Below the pieces are notes generated by a model. The model saw nothing but the letters and a program-made list of their open reading frames with translations. It made no database searches and was not told the origin of the DNA. DNA of 64,000 nt from Macrostomum hystrix (taxonomy: Eukaryota > Animalia > Platyhelminthes): the NCBI GenBank assembly GCA_950097015.1, contig CATNEN010000032.1, forward strand, positions 2,356,001 to 2,420,000, in the 5' to 3' direction. Below are positions 1 to 12,859 of the stretch, piece after piece. Made by a program: the position numbers and the translations under genes. Within the stretch, counting starts at the first letter, position 1. Each line of letters begins with the position of its first letter.

Positions 1-2270
1 ATTATCCCTTCAGATTCCGTATTTTCCCCTCTGATTGTAGATTATCCCTTCAGTTTTCCCCTCAGATTGTGGATTATACCCACTGATTGTGGATTATCGC
101 CTCAGATTGTGGATTATCGCCTGAGATTGCGGATTATACGCACAGATTGTGGATTATCGCCTCAGATAGTGTATTATCCCCCCACATTGTCGATCATCCT
201 CTTAGTTGTTCCCCGAGATTGTGGATTATCCCTCAGATTGTGGATTATCCCTCAGATTGTGGATTATCCCTCAGATTGTGTATTATCCCCCCACATTGTC
301 GATTATCCCTCAGATTGTGTATTATCCCCCCACATTGTCGATTATCCCTCAGATTGTGGATTATCCCTCAGATTGTGTATTATCCCCCCACATTGTCGAT
401 TATCCCTCAGATTGTGTATTATCCCTCAGATTGTGGATTATCCCTCAGATTGTGGGTTATCCCTCAGATTGTGGATTATCCCTCAGATTGTGGATTATCC
501 CTCAGATTGTGGATTATCCCTCAGATTGTGGATTATCCCTCAGATTGTGGATTATCCCTCAGATTGTGTATTATCCCCCCACATTGTCGATTATCCCTCA
601 GATTGTGGATTATCCCTCAGATTGTGGATTATCCCTCAGATTGTGGATTATCCCTCAGATTGTGGATTATCCCTCAGATTGTGGATTATCCCTCAGATTG
701 TGGATTATCCCAGATTGTGGATTATCCCTCAGATTGTGGATTATCCCTCAGATTGTGGATTATCCCTCAGATTGTGGATTATCCCTCAGATTGTGGATTA
801 TCCCTCAGATTGTGGATTATCCCTCAGATTGTGGATTATCCCTCAGATTGTGGATTATCCCTCAGATTGTGGATTATCCCTCAGATTGTGGATTATCCCT
901 CAGATTGTGTATTATCCCCCCACATTGTCGATTATCCCTCAGATTGTGGATTATCCCTCAGATTGTGGATTATCCCTCAGATTGTGGATTATCCCTCAGA
1001 TTGTGGATTATCCCTCAGATTGTGGATTATCCCTCAGATTGTGGATTATCCCAGATTGTGGATTATCCCTCAGATTGTGGATTATCCCTCAGATTGTGGA
1101 TTATCCCTCAGATTGTGGATTATCCCTCAGATTGTGGATTATCCCTCAGATTGTGGATTATCCCTCAGATTGTGTATTATCCCTCAGATTGTGGATTATC
1201 CCTCAGATTGTGGGTTATCCCTCAGATTGTGGATTATCCCTCAGATTGTGTATTATCCCTCAGATTGTGTATTATCCCTCAGATTGTGGATTATCCCTCA
1301 GATTGTGGATTATCCCTCAGATTGTGTATTATCCCCCCACATTGTCGATTATCCCTCAGATTGTGGATTATCCCTCAGATTGTGGATTATCCCTCAGATT
1401 GTGGATTATCCCTCAGATTGTGGATTATCCCTCAGATTGTGTATTTTCCCCCCACATTGTCGATTATCCCTCAGATTGTGTATTATCCCTCAGATTGTGG
1501 ATTATCCCTCAGATTGTGGATTATCCCTCAGATTGTGTATTATCCCCCCACATTGTCGATTATCCCTCAGATTGTGTATTATCCCTCAGATTGTGGATTA
1601 TCCCTCAGATTGTGGGTTATCCCTCAGATTGTGGATTATCCCTCAGATTGTGTATTATCCCTCAGATTGTGGATTATCCCTCAGATTTTGTATTATCCCC
1701 CCACATTGTCGATTATCCCTCAGATTGTGGATTATCCCTCAGATTGTGGATTATCCCTCAGATTGTGGATTATCCCTCAGATTGTGTATTATCCCCCCAC
1801 ATTGTCGATTATCCCTCAGATTGTGGATTATCCCTCAGATTGTGGATTATCCCTCAGATTGTGGATTATCCCTCAGATTGTGGATTATCCCTCAGATTGT
1901 GGATTATCCCAGATTGTGGATTATCCCTCAGATTGTGGATTATCCCTCAGATTGTGGATTATCCCTCAGATTGTGGATTATCCCAGATTGTGGATTATCC
2001 CTCAGATTGTGGATTATCCCTCTGATTGTGGATTATCCCTCAGATTGTGGATTATCCCTCAGATTGTGGATTATCCCTCAGATTGTGGATTATCCCTCAG
2101 ATTGTGGATTATCCCTCAGATTGTGGATTATCCCAGATTGTGGATTATCCCTCAGATTGTGGATTATCCCTCAGATTGTGGATTATCCCTCTGATTGTGG
2201 ATTATCCCTCAGATTGTGGGTTATCCCTCAGATTGTGGATTATCCCTCAGATTGTGGATTATCCCCTCAG
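1..2270. repeat. 19-bp minisatellite (CAGATTGTGGATTATCCCT)n with recurring variant units; probably intronic in the NHE-like gene
   Basis: Direct tandem repeat; explains the three long + strand ORFs, which lack stops. Confidence 0.97.
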
Positions 2271-2321
2271 TTCCATCACTGTTCTGCCCCACATTAGTAT
2301 GTAGATTCCAATCGCAAACAG

Positions 2322-3170
2322 GTGGAACCTGATCAACGATCGCTACCTGCGGCGAGCCCTGCTGAAGCCGAAGATCTATCGAGAGTCCAACGAGGAGGGC
2401 ATCTACGAGCTGCACCGCAAAATTGTGGCCGACGAATTTCTGAAGTTCGCCACCCGCAACAAATCCCTGATCGACCTGACCGCGCTGAAGTCAGACAGCA
2501 TGGTCTACGCGATTCGACGCGTCAACTCGGCTGGGTGAGCTGCTGACGAGCTGTTCTGTACGGTTCTAAATGCTTCTGCCGGACCGGGGTCGAACTCCTG
2601 ACCTTCCAGTCATGGTCCATTAGGCTACGCCCGACCTAAAAATTGTCAAACTGTAAATAATAATTTTTTTGATAACTGGAGATAGCTATTTGGGCGAATG
2701 ACAGTCGTTTCGCACCCGACTCCAGCACCAAGGTTCCTGGGTTCGAATCTGCAACATATTAAATAAAATACAAGGCGCAGGGATTGGCATGATTTGATAT
2801 TGCCTGATGAAGAAAAAAGTTGTGTGTGTGAGTGTCAGGGGTCAGCGGAATGGACAGATGAGCTAGCTGTTGTCTCGCATCCGTTTCCCAGCAACGCCAG
2901 CCTGTCTCGCAGCCAGTCCTATCACAGCCTGCGCCAGTCTCTATCTGTTGGCGACGCCCTGTTTGAGCTCACCACTCAGCCCAACAGTCGATCAGCCGAG
3001 TCTGAGCCAGACAGGCACTTTCAGCAGCAGCAGCAGCAGCAGCAGCGACGGTTAAATCGAGATCCCGAAGTGACGTTCAGCATTCGACCGAGGCCTGGCA
3101 TCGGTGCTAACGACAGTTCTGATGACCTGCTCAGCAGCCCGGAATCTGTCTGTTCGCAAACACCACTGGC

Positions 3171-3209
<39 letters not shown>

Positions 3210-4418
3210 GCAGCAGCAAAATCATTTTTTGAGGCAAGGTTTTGTGAATTCCCATACAAAGAACCAGACGAATAGCTGATTAGCACACTAAACTCATTTC
3301 GAAAGCAACAGGCAGAGCTCGGCTGATGAAGCCACCGGCTCGCAGCGGCTTCGAGACAGCAGAGGAGGTCACCACCGCAGACGCAACCCGAGAGACCGTC
3401 ACCCACTGCGGGAGCAGCAGACGCTCAGCGAAGACTGCCTAGACTACGGCGGCGGCGACGGCAGCGGCGGCGGCGGCGATTCGACAGATGCCGAAGCTCC
3501 TTTCGCCAAGAAAAAGTCCGTGAGCTTTGCCACTCTGCCGCCTGACCTAGCTGCAGGTGAGTACCTCCAATATCCAAGCCTCCCATATCCAAGCCTCCCA
3601 TATCCAAGCCTCCCATATCCAAGCCTCCCATATCCAATCCTCCCATATCCAAGCCTCCCATATCCAAGCCTCCCATATCCAAGCCTCCCATATCCAAGCC
3701 TCCCATATCCAAGCCTCCCATATCCAAGACTCCCATATCCAAGCCTCCCATATCCAAGCCTCCCATATCCAAGCCTCCCATATCCAATCCTCCCATATCC
3801 AAGCCTCCCATATCCAAGCCTCCCATATCCAAGCCTCCCATATCCAAGCCTCCCATATCCAAGCCTCCCATATCCAAGCCTCCCATATCCAAGCCTCCAA
3901 TATCCAAGCCTCCAGTATCCAAGCCTCCAGTATCCAAGCCTCCAGTATCCAAGCCTCCAATATCCAAGCCTCCAGTATCCAAGCCTCCAATATCCAAGCC
4001 TCTAATTTCCGAGCCTCCAATATCCAAGCCTCCAATATCCAAGCCTCCAGTATCCAAGCCTCCCATATCCAAGCCTCCAGTATCCAAGCCTCCCATATCC
4101 AAGCCTCCAGTATCCAAGCCTCCAATATCCAAGCCTCTAATTTCCGAGCCTCCAATATCCAAGCCTTCAATATCCGAGTCTCCAATATCCGAGTCTCTAG
4201 GCCCCGCAGGCAGTGCGCGACGCGAACGAGGCAGATCATTCTTCCGTCTGCACGAAGCCGATGACCAGCTTCAGCGGCTGCAGCAGCGAGAAGCTGATCG
4301 AGAACGTCAGCAGCATCAGCGGCATCGGCATTCTCACGAGTCTGAGCTGCATACGCCGTCCGATACAGGAGCGAATAGTAAGAACTACCAGGGCCTGACA
4401 CGAACCAAAAATTTATAG
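2322..4418 (+). CDS. 3' exons of a probable SLC9A/NHE Na+/H+ exchanger (cytoplasmic tail); exons 2322-2534, 2892-3233, 3312-3556, 4210-4418
   Basis: Exon phases join into one open frame ending at TAG 4416-4418. First exon reads [39 protein letters not shown], resembling the juxtamembrane CHP-binding segment of plasma-membrane NHEs. The rest is low-complexity with poly-Q. Family call rests on about 45 aa. Confidence 0.55.
2578..2640 (-). mobile_element. degenerate tRNA-derived (SINE-head-like) fragment
   Basis: Minus strand reads GTAGCCTATGGACCATGACTGGAAGGTCAGGAGTTCGACCCC: B-box-like and similar to the element at 33487. Confidence 0.45.
2700..2865 (+). mobile_element. SINE-like element (tRNA-like head plus body shared with the copy at 63530-63800)
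   Basis: B box GGTTCGAATC, then CAAGGCGCAG, TGCCTGATGAAG and TCAGGGGTCAGCGGAATGGACAGA; close matches occur in the same order on the minus strand at 63.5-63.8 kb. Confidence 0.55.
3567..4198. repeat. 15-bp intronic minisatellite (TATCCAAGCCTCCCA)n
   Basis: Lies between donor G|GTGAGT at 3557 and acceptor CAG at 4209. Confidence 0.95.
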
Positions 4419-4910
4419 CTAAAATTCTGAGCATCCTACTGACAGTAGGCGAAAAAAAATCGTGTTCACGTTTCGCCATGCAGGTCCACTGCAGGCGCGT
4501 GAGGCCAGACGGCGAAGGAGACGATTTTCCAGGCGACAGAGTACCTCGGCATCTTTTCGCGAGGTCGAGGATAGCTAGAGACTAGAGGCGCATTGGATTC
4601 AGTGTTTGCTTTGTCTTTCGGTGTGTTCGCTTAATTAAAATATTCGATTTGCGATCATTAATTGGATGCAATGTATGCAACATTAATTGGAACTGAACTG
4701 CAGTGAACTGCAAAGCGGAGTGCAACTAATAAACAAACGTTCGTATAAATTTTGTTTTTCAGTTCATAAAAAAGTGTAGTTAAATGCTTAAAGCTAATAC
4801 ATTAGGGTAAAATGGACAAATGGTGTACGAGCGTATAAAGCTAAAGCATATACCTTGCTTTTTGTACTCCTCCAATTTGATATCTACGCTTGTTCCATCC
4901 TACAGGCATC

Positions 4911-4983
4911 GGGGTACTAGCTCAAATGGTAGAGCGCTCGCTTAGCATGCGAGAGGTACAGGGATCGATGCCCTGGTACTCCA
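4911..4983 (+). tRNA. trnA-AGC: tRNA-Ala (AGC)
   Basis: 73-nt cloverleaf; acceptor stem GGGGTAC/GTACTCC with the G3:U70 alanine identity pair; anticodon loop TTAGCAT; A73; T-run terminator just downstream. Confidence 0.96.
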
Positions 4984-5951
4984 TTCTTTTATACCGATTT
5001 TTTCGCCTGGGTGGTCAATCGTGTACCTTGATTAAAATTTCTATATTTATTTTTCTCGCCCGACGTTTTTTCAGCTAATTATAGCAATATCCTATGCGAT
5101 AATTGAATACAAAGTTTAATTCGCTAAACAATATTTCGATACATATCGGATAATTATTATTACTTATTCGCTTTGTTTTAACTAGCATGAATCGCTATGT
5201 ATCGTGATGGAATGGAGCATGCAGAAAACAAAGTCTCTTTATTTCAAATATTTTTGTCAACATTTTTTTGATAACGCGTTCATATACTTATAAATGACAA
5301 ATATCGCCTATATCTAACATTCTACTGGTAGTAAGGAGGCTAGTAAGAGGTTATTTAAAAAAAAAATTATTTGAATATAAAGCTTATAAAAGGTGAGAAA
5401 AGTGCAGTACAGCACATTTATATTTCTTAACAAAATCTGCTCTCAGTGACGTAGTTACAATCTCTAATATAAACGTCTTCGATACACATGTGTCCCAGCC
5501 TATATGTATCGAAAATGCTATGATATAAGCCATGATACAATTCTTTTCCGTAAGAACACTCCACGCAAAGAAGCCTTTTGTCATTATTTAGTCAGGGAAT
5601 AATAACTACCTGGACTTTGGAAAGCAACCAAATTGTACCTTTTAAATCATACTCTTGACTTCTCGTTGCAAATTTCGCACCGCTGTTTGGGCGTTTAGGG
5701 GAGGACGCGTTACCATGGAGGCATTTCGTTGACACGCTGGCGCAATAGTGAACAGGCCGATAGGCGATAGGAATACGGAAGTGAATGGGGATCTTGGCTT
5801 TGTCTCATTGGGACGGGTTGGATAAGGTTTGTTCAGCCGTCGGGCTTTGCAATAGACTAAACACTGCCCAAAATTCTTACCAACTTTTATAACAAAACGC
5901 CACTGCGAATTTGTGCACTATGCGAAGTTAGGACTGGCCAGCCTCAAAGAT

Positions 5952-8321
5952 ATGGCCGTGTTCAACGGTGCAAACCCAGTGCGACATCTGCAGTCTGCGA
6001 ACAGGTAGGCACAGCCTAACACAGCCGCGTAATCCTCCCTGTTAGACACTGCCGTCCCTGTTTGACACTGCCATCCGCTGTTAGACACTGCCGTCCCCTG
6101 TTAGACACTGCCGTCCCTGTTAGACACTGCCATCCGCTGTTAGACACTGCCATCCGCTGTTAGACACTGCCGTCCCCTGTTAGACACTGCCGTCCCCTGT
6201 TAGACACTGCCGTCCCTGTTAGACACTGCCATCCGCTGTTAGACACTGCCATCCGCTGTTAGACACTGCCGTCCCCTGTTAGACACTGCCGTCCCTGTTA
6301 GACACTGCCATCCGCTGTTAGACACTGCCATCCGCTGTTAGACACTGCCGTCCGCTGTTAGACACTGCCGTCCCCTGTTAGACACTGCCATCCGCTGTTA
6401 GACACTGCCGTCCCTGTTTGACACTGCAATCCGCTGTTAGACACTGCCGTCCCCTGTTAGACACTACCATCCCCTGTTATACACTGCCGTCCCTGTTTGA
6501 CACTGCCATCCGCTGTTAGACACTGCCGTCCCTGTTAGACACTGCCATCCGCTGTTAGACACTGCCGTCCCTGTTTGACACTGCCATCCGCTGTTAGACA
6601 CTGCCGTCCCCTGTTAGACACTGCCATCCCCTGTTAGACACTGCCGTCCCCTGTTAGAAACTGCCATCCACTGTTAGACACTGCCGTCCCCTGTTAGACA
6701 CTGCCATCCCCTGTTAGACACTGTTATCCGCTGTTAGACACTGCCGTCCCCTGTTAGACACTGCCATCCGCTGTTAGACACTGCCGTCCCCTGTTTGACA
6801 CTGCTATCCCCTGTTAGACACTGTTATCCCCTGTTAGACACTACCATCCCCTGTTAGACACTGCCGTCCCCTGTTAGACACTGCCATCCCCTTTTTGACA
6901 CTGCCATCCCCTGTTAGACACTGCCATCCCCTGTTAGACACTGCCATCCCCTGTTAGACACTGCCGTCCCCTGTTAGACACTGCCGTCCCCTGTTAGACA
7001 CTACCATCTCCTGTTATACACTACCATCCCCTGTTAGACACTGCCATCCCCTGTTAGACACTGCCGTCCCCTGTTAGACACTGCCATCCCCTGTTTGACA
7101 CTGCCATCCCCTGTTAGACACTGCCATCCCCTGTTAGACACTGCCGTCCCCTGTTAGACACTGCCATCCCCTTTTTGACACTGCCATCCCCTGTTAGACA
7201 CTGCCATCCCCTGTTAGACACTGCCATCCCCTGTTAGACACTGCCGTCCCCTGTTAGACACTGCCGTCCCCTGTTAGACACTACCATCTCCTGTTATACA
7301 CTACCATCCCCTGTTAGACACTGCCATCCCCTGTTAGACACTGCCGTCCCCTGTTTGACACTGCCATCCCCTGTTTGACACTGCCATCCCCTGTTAGACA
7401 CTGCCATCCCCTGTTAGACACTGCCGTCCCCTGTTAGACACTGCCATCCCCTGTTAGACACTGCCGTCCCCTGTTTGACACTGCCATCCCCTGTTTGACA
7501 CTGCCATCCCCTGTTAGACACTGCCATCCCCTGTTAGACACTGCCGTCCCCTGTTAGACACTGCCGTCCCCTGTTTGACACTGCCATCCCCTGTTAGACA
7601 CTGTCATCCCTGTTAGACACTGCCATCCCCTGTTAGACACTGTCATCCCCTGTTAGACGTATTAGAATATTTAAATTCTTGCAGATCTGTTTCTGCGCAG
7701 AATCAGCAGCATCAGCAGCAACAGCAGCAGATTGAGCCGCTACCAAAGCTACTGTGCTGTCCGCCGCCGACGCTGTTGTGCAACCGAGGACGCCACCGCT
7801 GCCGCCTGTTCCTCTTCCTGCTCAGCTTCTACTCCGGGTTGTTGGCCTTGACTGCCTCCGCCGCCGCCATGTCTGTCCTGCTGGCCCTGCAGCATCCTCG
7901 TTGGTCGGCGACCTACTCGCCAGTTTCATTGACTTCTTCTTGGTCAACCTCGCCGTGGCCATCGCCATGGCCGTCGCAGTCGCCATCATCGCCGACGATT
8001 GACTGGCAGCAGCCGCAGCCGCAGCAGCCGCAGATCTACCCGCTGATGCTGCTGGGCGGCGCTGTTCTGGGCGTCGGCCTGCTGCTCTCTGCCTACGTCA
8101 TAGCCTGCGACCTTCGCGGACGTCGGCTGGGCGCGTTTCGAAGAAAACGACGTGAGCGCGGTAGGCGACGATTGGAGGAGGAACCCGTCGGATTAGGCGC
8201 AGTCGGGATGCAGCACCCACCGGTGGACAATTATTGGGGATCGGTGATGGACAATGGGCAGGTGGGAATGCACTTGCCAGCGGTACCGCCAACACCTACG
8301 CTGCCTGAGCCTGTGATCTAG
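5952..8321 (+). CDS. uncharacterised small membrane protein with two hydrophobic segments; exons 5952-6004, 7685-8321
   Basis: ATG 5952, donor AG|GTAGGC 6005, acceptor TTGCAG 7684, phase-2 join in frame with ORF 7776-8321; hydrophobic stretches LFLFLLSFYSGLLALTASAAAMSVLLAL and LMLLGGAVLGVGLLLSAYVIAC, followed by a basic tract. Confidence 0.6.
6038..7657. repeat. 19-20-bp intronic minisatellite (CTGTTAGACACTGCCATCCC)n
   Basis: Direct tandem repeat filling the intron. Confidence 0.96.
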
Positions 8322-8341
8322 CTGCATGACTGCTAGCTTGC

Positions 8342-8344
8342 TCC

Positions 8345-8377
<33 letters not shown>

Positions 8378-8408
8378 GTTTGTTTGTTTGTTTGTTTGTT
8401 TGTTTGTT
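8342..8408. repeat. compound (TTAG)n(TTTG)n microsatellite in the 3' UTR
   Basis: Seen directly. Confidence 0.9.
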
Positions 8409-8989
8409 ACAGTTTTTTTATCAAGTCAGATAAGTTCACTTACTTGTTATGTTTTGACCATCGTACTCTGATATTTATACCATAATTTTTACTATAAGTA
8501 GTGAAGCTGTGAAGCTGTTACTCCTGCTAAAAATCTCGGAAATTTTGCTAATCATTTTGGCATCAACACAGCTAACGCTCGGAAAATACTTACCTACAAG
8601 TGACCTCATTGCTTTAATACAGCTTTCTCTTTATATCTTAGAATCTTTGCACACAGTTGTAAATAAAGATGAGCTATTTTTGTTTTATAAAACTTTGTAC
8701 TATTCCTAAAATCTGCCTTGCCACAACATGTCCGAGTCTATGTGCCGCTAACAACAAATTTAAGAATGTTGCACTAAGTTGTCTCTGTACCAGTCCAACC
8801 CACACTCCTGCCCCAGCTTGTCACCCATTTCACCCATTTAGCAACAGAATTAAAAATGACGAATAAGGCACACATATAGATTAGGATCAGCGTGTAACTG
8901 ACAGTCGAAACGTATGATTTTCAAAGCAACCAGTTCATTTTCTATGCAACTAAAGTTGAATGTCACCGTCATCGAAAGGTCTTCTATCG

Positions 8990-9442
8990 TCAGGATCGGC
9001 GCTCCTTCCTGAACCACGCTATGAATTCCTCCGTCTTGAAGGTGGTCAGCTCGCGCCCGATGGCTTGATGGTACTGCCTCAAATCGTTTTTGTAGACCCC
9101 CAGAGCCACCCGCTTGCCGATGTTGGTGGCAAAATAGCGCTCAACCTCCGAGAACGTCATCTCCCCAGTTTCCTTCCGGTCGAGGCTTTCAAAAACCAGC
9201 CGCCAGGTCTCCTCCTCGCGCTCGCTCTCCGGGTAGATGTCCAGAAGCAGCATGTACTCGCGCCTAGTGATCTTGCCATCTCGGTTGGTGTCCAAGATCT
9301 CAAACATATTGGCAGCCGATGAGTCGTCCAGGCCGTCGCGCTGGCAGGCAGCCTTCAAGCCGTCGAATGTGAAGAAGCCTTTGCAATCGGTGTCGATCTC
9401 TGTGAACCAGCGGAGCAGCTGCAGTTTGTCAGGACGGGACAT
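8990..9442 (-). CDS. calmodulin-like EF-hand Ca2+-binding protein (about 150 aa, single coding exon)
   Basis: EF loops DTDCKGFFTFDGL, DTNRDGKITRREY (canonical) and DRKETGEMTFSEV; fourth hand degenerate; ATG 9442 preceded by acceptor TATTTCAG at 9472. Confidence 0.85.
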   Translation of the reverse strand: MSRPDKLQLLRWFTEIDTDCKGFFTFDGLKAACQRDGLDDSSAANMFEILDTNRDGKITRREYMLLLDIYPESEREEETWRLVFESLDRKETGEMTFSEVERYFATNIGKRVALGVYKNDLRQYHQAIGRELTTFKTEEFIAWFRKERRS

Positions 9443-9939
9443 TGTCTCTCGTAGCACATCGCTGCCAATCACTGAAATACACTGCTGAGAGAACTTTTCC
9501 TATTGAGACCGAAAATTGGTGAGCTAGTTTGTTTTAGCCATAGACTTTTGGTAATGACCTAATTATAGATACGGATAATGCTAATTTATTTTCGTTTAAT
9601 GAATGCCACTACTGACTTATACTGAGACAATTTCCAACCTCATAGGATTCAGTGGATCTTGAGGAACATTTTATGCTCGGTATTCTGCTGAAAAAGTGGA
9701 AAAATATTTACTGCTAATAATAAAAGTAATGCTAATATACCAATATGCCAATATTGATTGGCTGCAGAGGGCTTCACCTCGTTTCAGCCCGAGAAGCCTA
9801 TCCATATTAGTGTTGTAGTTAGCGGGCGTGAAACGCGTTTCAAATCTAAAGAATTCGACCATAGACAACAGCAGAGGGCGGGCTGTTGTTAGTTTCAACC
9901 TATTTAGGCTAACTACTACAACTAACTACTCAGCCGAAC

Positions 9940-10505
9940 TACTCACTCATGCTACTCACTCATGCTACTCACTCATGCTACTCACTCATGCTACTCACTC
10001 ATGCTACTCACTCATGCTACTCACTCATGCTACTCACTCATGCTACTCACTCATGCTACTCACTCATGCTACTCACTCATGCTACTCACTCATGCTACTC
10101 ACTCATGCTACTCAGTCACACTACTCACTCATGCTACTCACTCATGCTACTCACTCATGCTACTCACTCATGCTACTCACTCATGCTACTCACTCATGCT
10201 ACTCACTCATGCTACTCACTCATGCTACTCAGTCACACTACTCACTCATGCTACTCACTCATGCTACTCACTCATGCTACTCACTCATGCTACTCACTCA
10301 TGCTACTCACTCATGCTACTCACTCATGCTACTCATTCATGCTACTCACTCATGCTACTCATTCATGCTACTCATTCATGCTACTCATTCATGCTACTCA
10401 CTCATGCTACTCATTCATGCTACTCACTCATGCTACTCACTCATGCTACTTACTCATGCTACTCACTCATGCTACTCACTCATGCTACTCAGTCACACTA
10501 CTCAC
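9940..10505. repeat. 13-bp minisatellite (TACTCACTCATGC)n
   Basis: Direct tandem repeat. Confidence 0.95.
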
Positions 10506-10565
10506 TAGTTGAGTTGCTTGCTGCTCAAATTTAGAAAGCAATCGTCCTAGATTGCATTCAAGGAT

Positions 10566-10757
10566 TCAGAGAGGCGGTAAAAGATCGGCAGAAATGGCTG
10601 CACGAATGGATGGGAGATCTGTTCTCTGCGGGGATAAACGGCGGGAGAGAGATTGGATGGCTGCTTCCTCATTTCTTGGATTGCTTAGTTCCGCTAGCAA
10701 CTGGCCCCCCGGGTTCGCAGCAGCCATAGCGGCGGAGGCAGGCAATGGGCCAATTTT
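10566..10757 (-). CDS. possible orphan terminal exon (KIGPLPASAAMAAANPGGQ...DLLPPL*)
   Basis: Acceptor TATTAGCAG at 10758, 63 open codons, then TGA; no recognisable homology; upstream partner unknown. Confidence 0.25.
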   Translation of the reverse strand, partial: KIGPLPASAAMAAANPGGQLLAELSNPRNEEAAIQSLSRRLSPQRTDLPSIRAAISADLLPPL

Positions 10758-11029
10758 CTGCTAATACAGAAGATTACAGATGGGTTTGTGTGTGTGTGCG
10801 TGTGCAGTGCATGCAGTGCGCATAGTTCCTATAAGCATGCGAGAGAAGCATGGGCTCACACAGACCCAATATGCACTTGCATCTAGCTGAGAAAGCGGCT
10901 ACTCTGAATAACAGACCTATCTATATTAATAAAAATGTAGGTACTAGAAATCTCATTACATGATTGAGCCAACTTTGTTTCTGCATTGCAGATATTGTAC
11001 TTTAGGCTTTGTTAGTTCCACACCTAACT

Positions 11030-11830
11030 TAGTCTCATCCAGTGTTCTCATGCTCAGCTCACACCAGTCTCATCCAGTGTTCTCATGCTCAGCTCACACC
11101 AGTCTCATCCAGTGTTCTCATGCTCAGCTCACACCAGTCTCATCCAGTGTTCTCATGCTCAGCTCACACCAGTCTCATCCAGTGTTCTCATGCTCAGCTC
11201 ACACCAGTCTCACCCAGTGTTCTCATGCTCAGCTCACACCAGTCTCACCCAGTGTTCTCATACTCAGCTCACGCCAGTCTCATCCAGTGTTCTCATGCTC
11301 AGCTCACACCAGTCTCATCCAGTGTTCTCATGCTCAGCTCACACCAGTCTCACCCAGTGTTCTCATGCTCAGCTCACACCAGTCTCATCCAGTGTTCTCA
11401 TGCTCAGCTCACACCAGTCTCACCCAGTGTTCTCATGCTCAGCTCACACCAGTGTCATCCAGTGTTCTCATGCTCAGCTCACACCAGTCTCACCCAGTGT
11501 TCTCATGCTCAGCTCACACCAGTCTCATCCAGTGTTCTCATGCTCAGCTCACACCAGTCTCACCCAGTGTTCTCATGCTCAGCTCACACCAGTGTCATCC
11601 AGTGTTCTCATGCTCAGCTCACACCAGTCTCACCCAGTGTTCTCATGCTCAGCTCACACCAGTCTCATCCAGTGTTCTCATGCTCAGCTCACACCAGTCT
11701 CACCCAGTGTTCTCATGCTCAGCTCACACCAGTCTCATCCAGTGTTCTCATGCTCAGCTCACACCAGTCTCATCCAGTGTTCTCATGCTCAGCTCACCCA
11801 GTCTCATCCAGTGTTCTCATACTCAGCTCA
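11030..11830. repeat. 35-bp minisatellite (GTCTCATCCAGTGTTCTCATGCTCAGCTCACACCA)n
   Basis: Direct tandem repeat. Confidence 0.95.
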
Positions 11831-12859
11831 TCTCTCAGATCCATTAGCGAGTTTCTAAATAGACAATTGTAGCGTTGCATCAGTTGAGCTTGAGTCCGTT
11901 GCAATGATTAAGAATGAGTATAAACAATCCGACAATACCATCGGGTCAACAGTTTGTTAGGTTACGAGTATATTATTGAGTTGTTTGTGACGGATGTAAA
12001 ACAGATGAAATAGTAAACTATTATAAAATATATAACAATAAGCTGCTGAACGTTAGGCCGAGCATTGTTTGAAATTAAATCACAATGATTGCTCACAAAT
12101 AAACAAAATTATGCGGCAAACTAAAACATTACAGCTCACAGGTGTCTAGCAAAAAACTGACAGAAAAACACAAAAGCATATATTTAATAGACAAAGAGAA
12201 AAAATAATATTAATTAATTAACAGACATAGATACTTTGCGATATTTATCTATTTTAAAAAGTCGAAAATGTAATAATTAAATATTTATATGTAAATAACA
12301 AATAAATAATTAATTGATTAATTAATTAATTATAATTATATAAATAGTTATATAAATAATTAATTAATAATAAAAAAAAAAAAGAAAAAAAAAAAACTAA
12401 TTCGTACATTTTTTTCCTTCGAAATATTTATTCGTCAATAAATTATACTATTTTTTTTTTAATTAATTGATGAAATTTATGAATTTAATTAACTGACAAT
12501 ATTTATATAAATTGTAAACCAAACATCTAAAGCATGATACGGTTAGATACAAAGTCTATGCTATAAAGTTTAAATTGCAGCTTTATTAAATTAAGCTTAA
12601 ATTAAAACAAACAGTAAACGAGTATTAAATAGAATTGGTTATGAGAAAAATTCATGCATCAGTGAAATGAAAACGCCATCGGTTTACAGTATTTTGTTCG
12701 CTTAAATGAGTCAATCTTTTTTTAACAAACAGTTTTTATTAAAAAAAGCACAACAAATGCTGACAATTGAAATGAACGCTAAGCAGGTACAATAGATAAT
12801 TGTTCAATACTACACGCTTACACGAGGAGAGAATGAGTGCGGATAGTAGAGTAGGACAA

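Noticed and set aside
67-2297. Long ORFs of 650-740 aa in three frames
   Set aside because: Stop-free 19-bp tandem repeat; open in all frames with periodic translation
2800-2820. CTGATGAAGAAA resembling a hammerhead ribozyme core
   Set aside because: No stem II between CUGAUGA and GAAA and no convincing stems I/III
11900-12800. Extremely AT-rich stretch with poly-A run
   Set aside because: No ORF, repeat structure or recognisable element; ordinary low-complexity spacer
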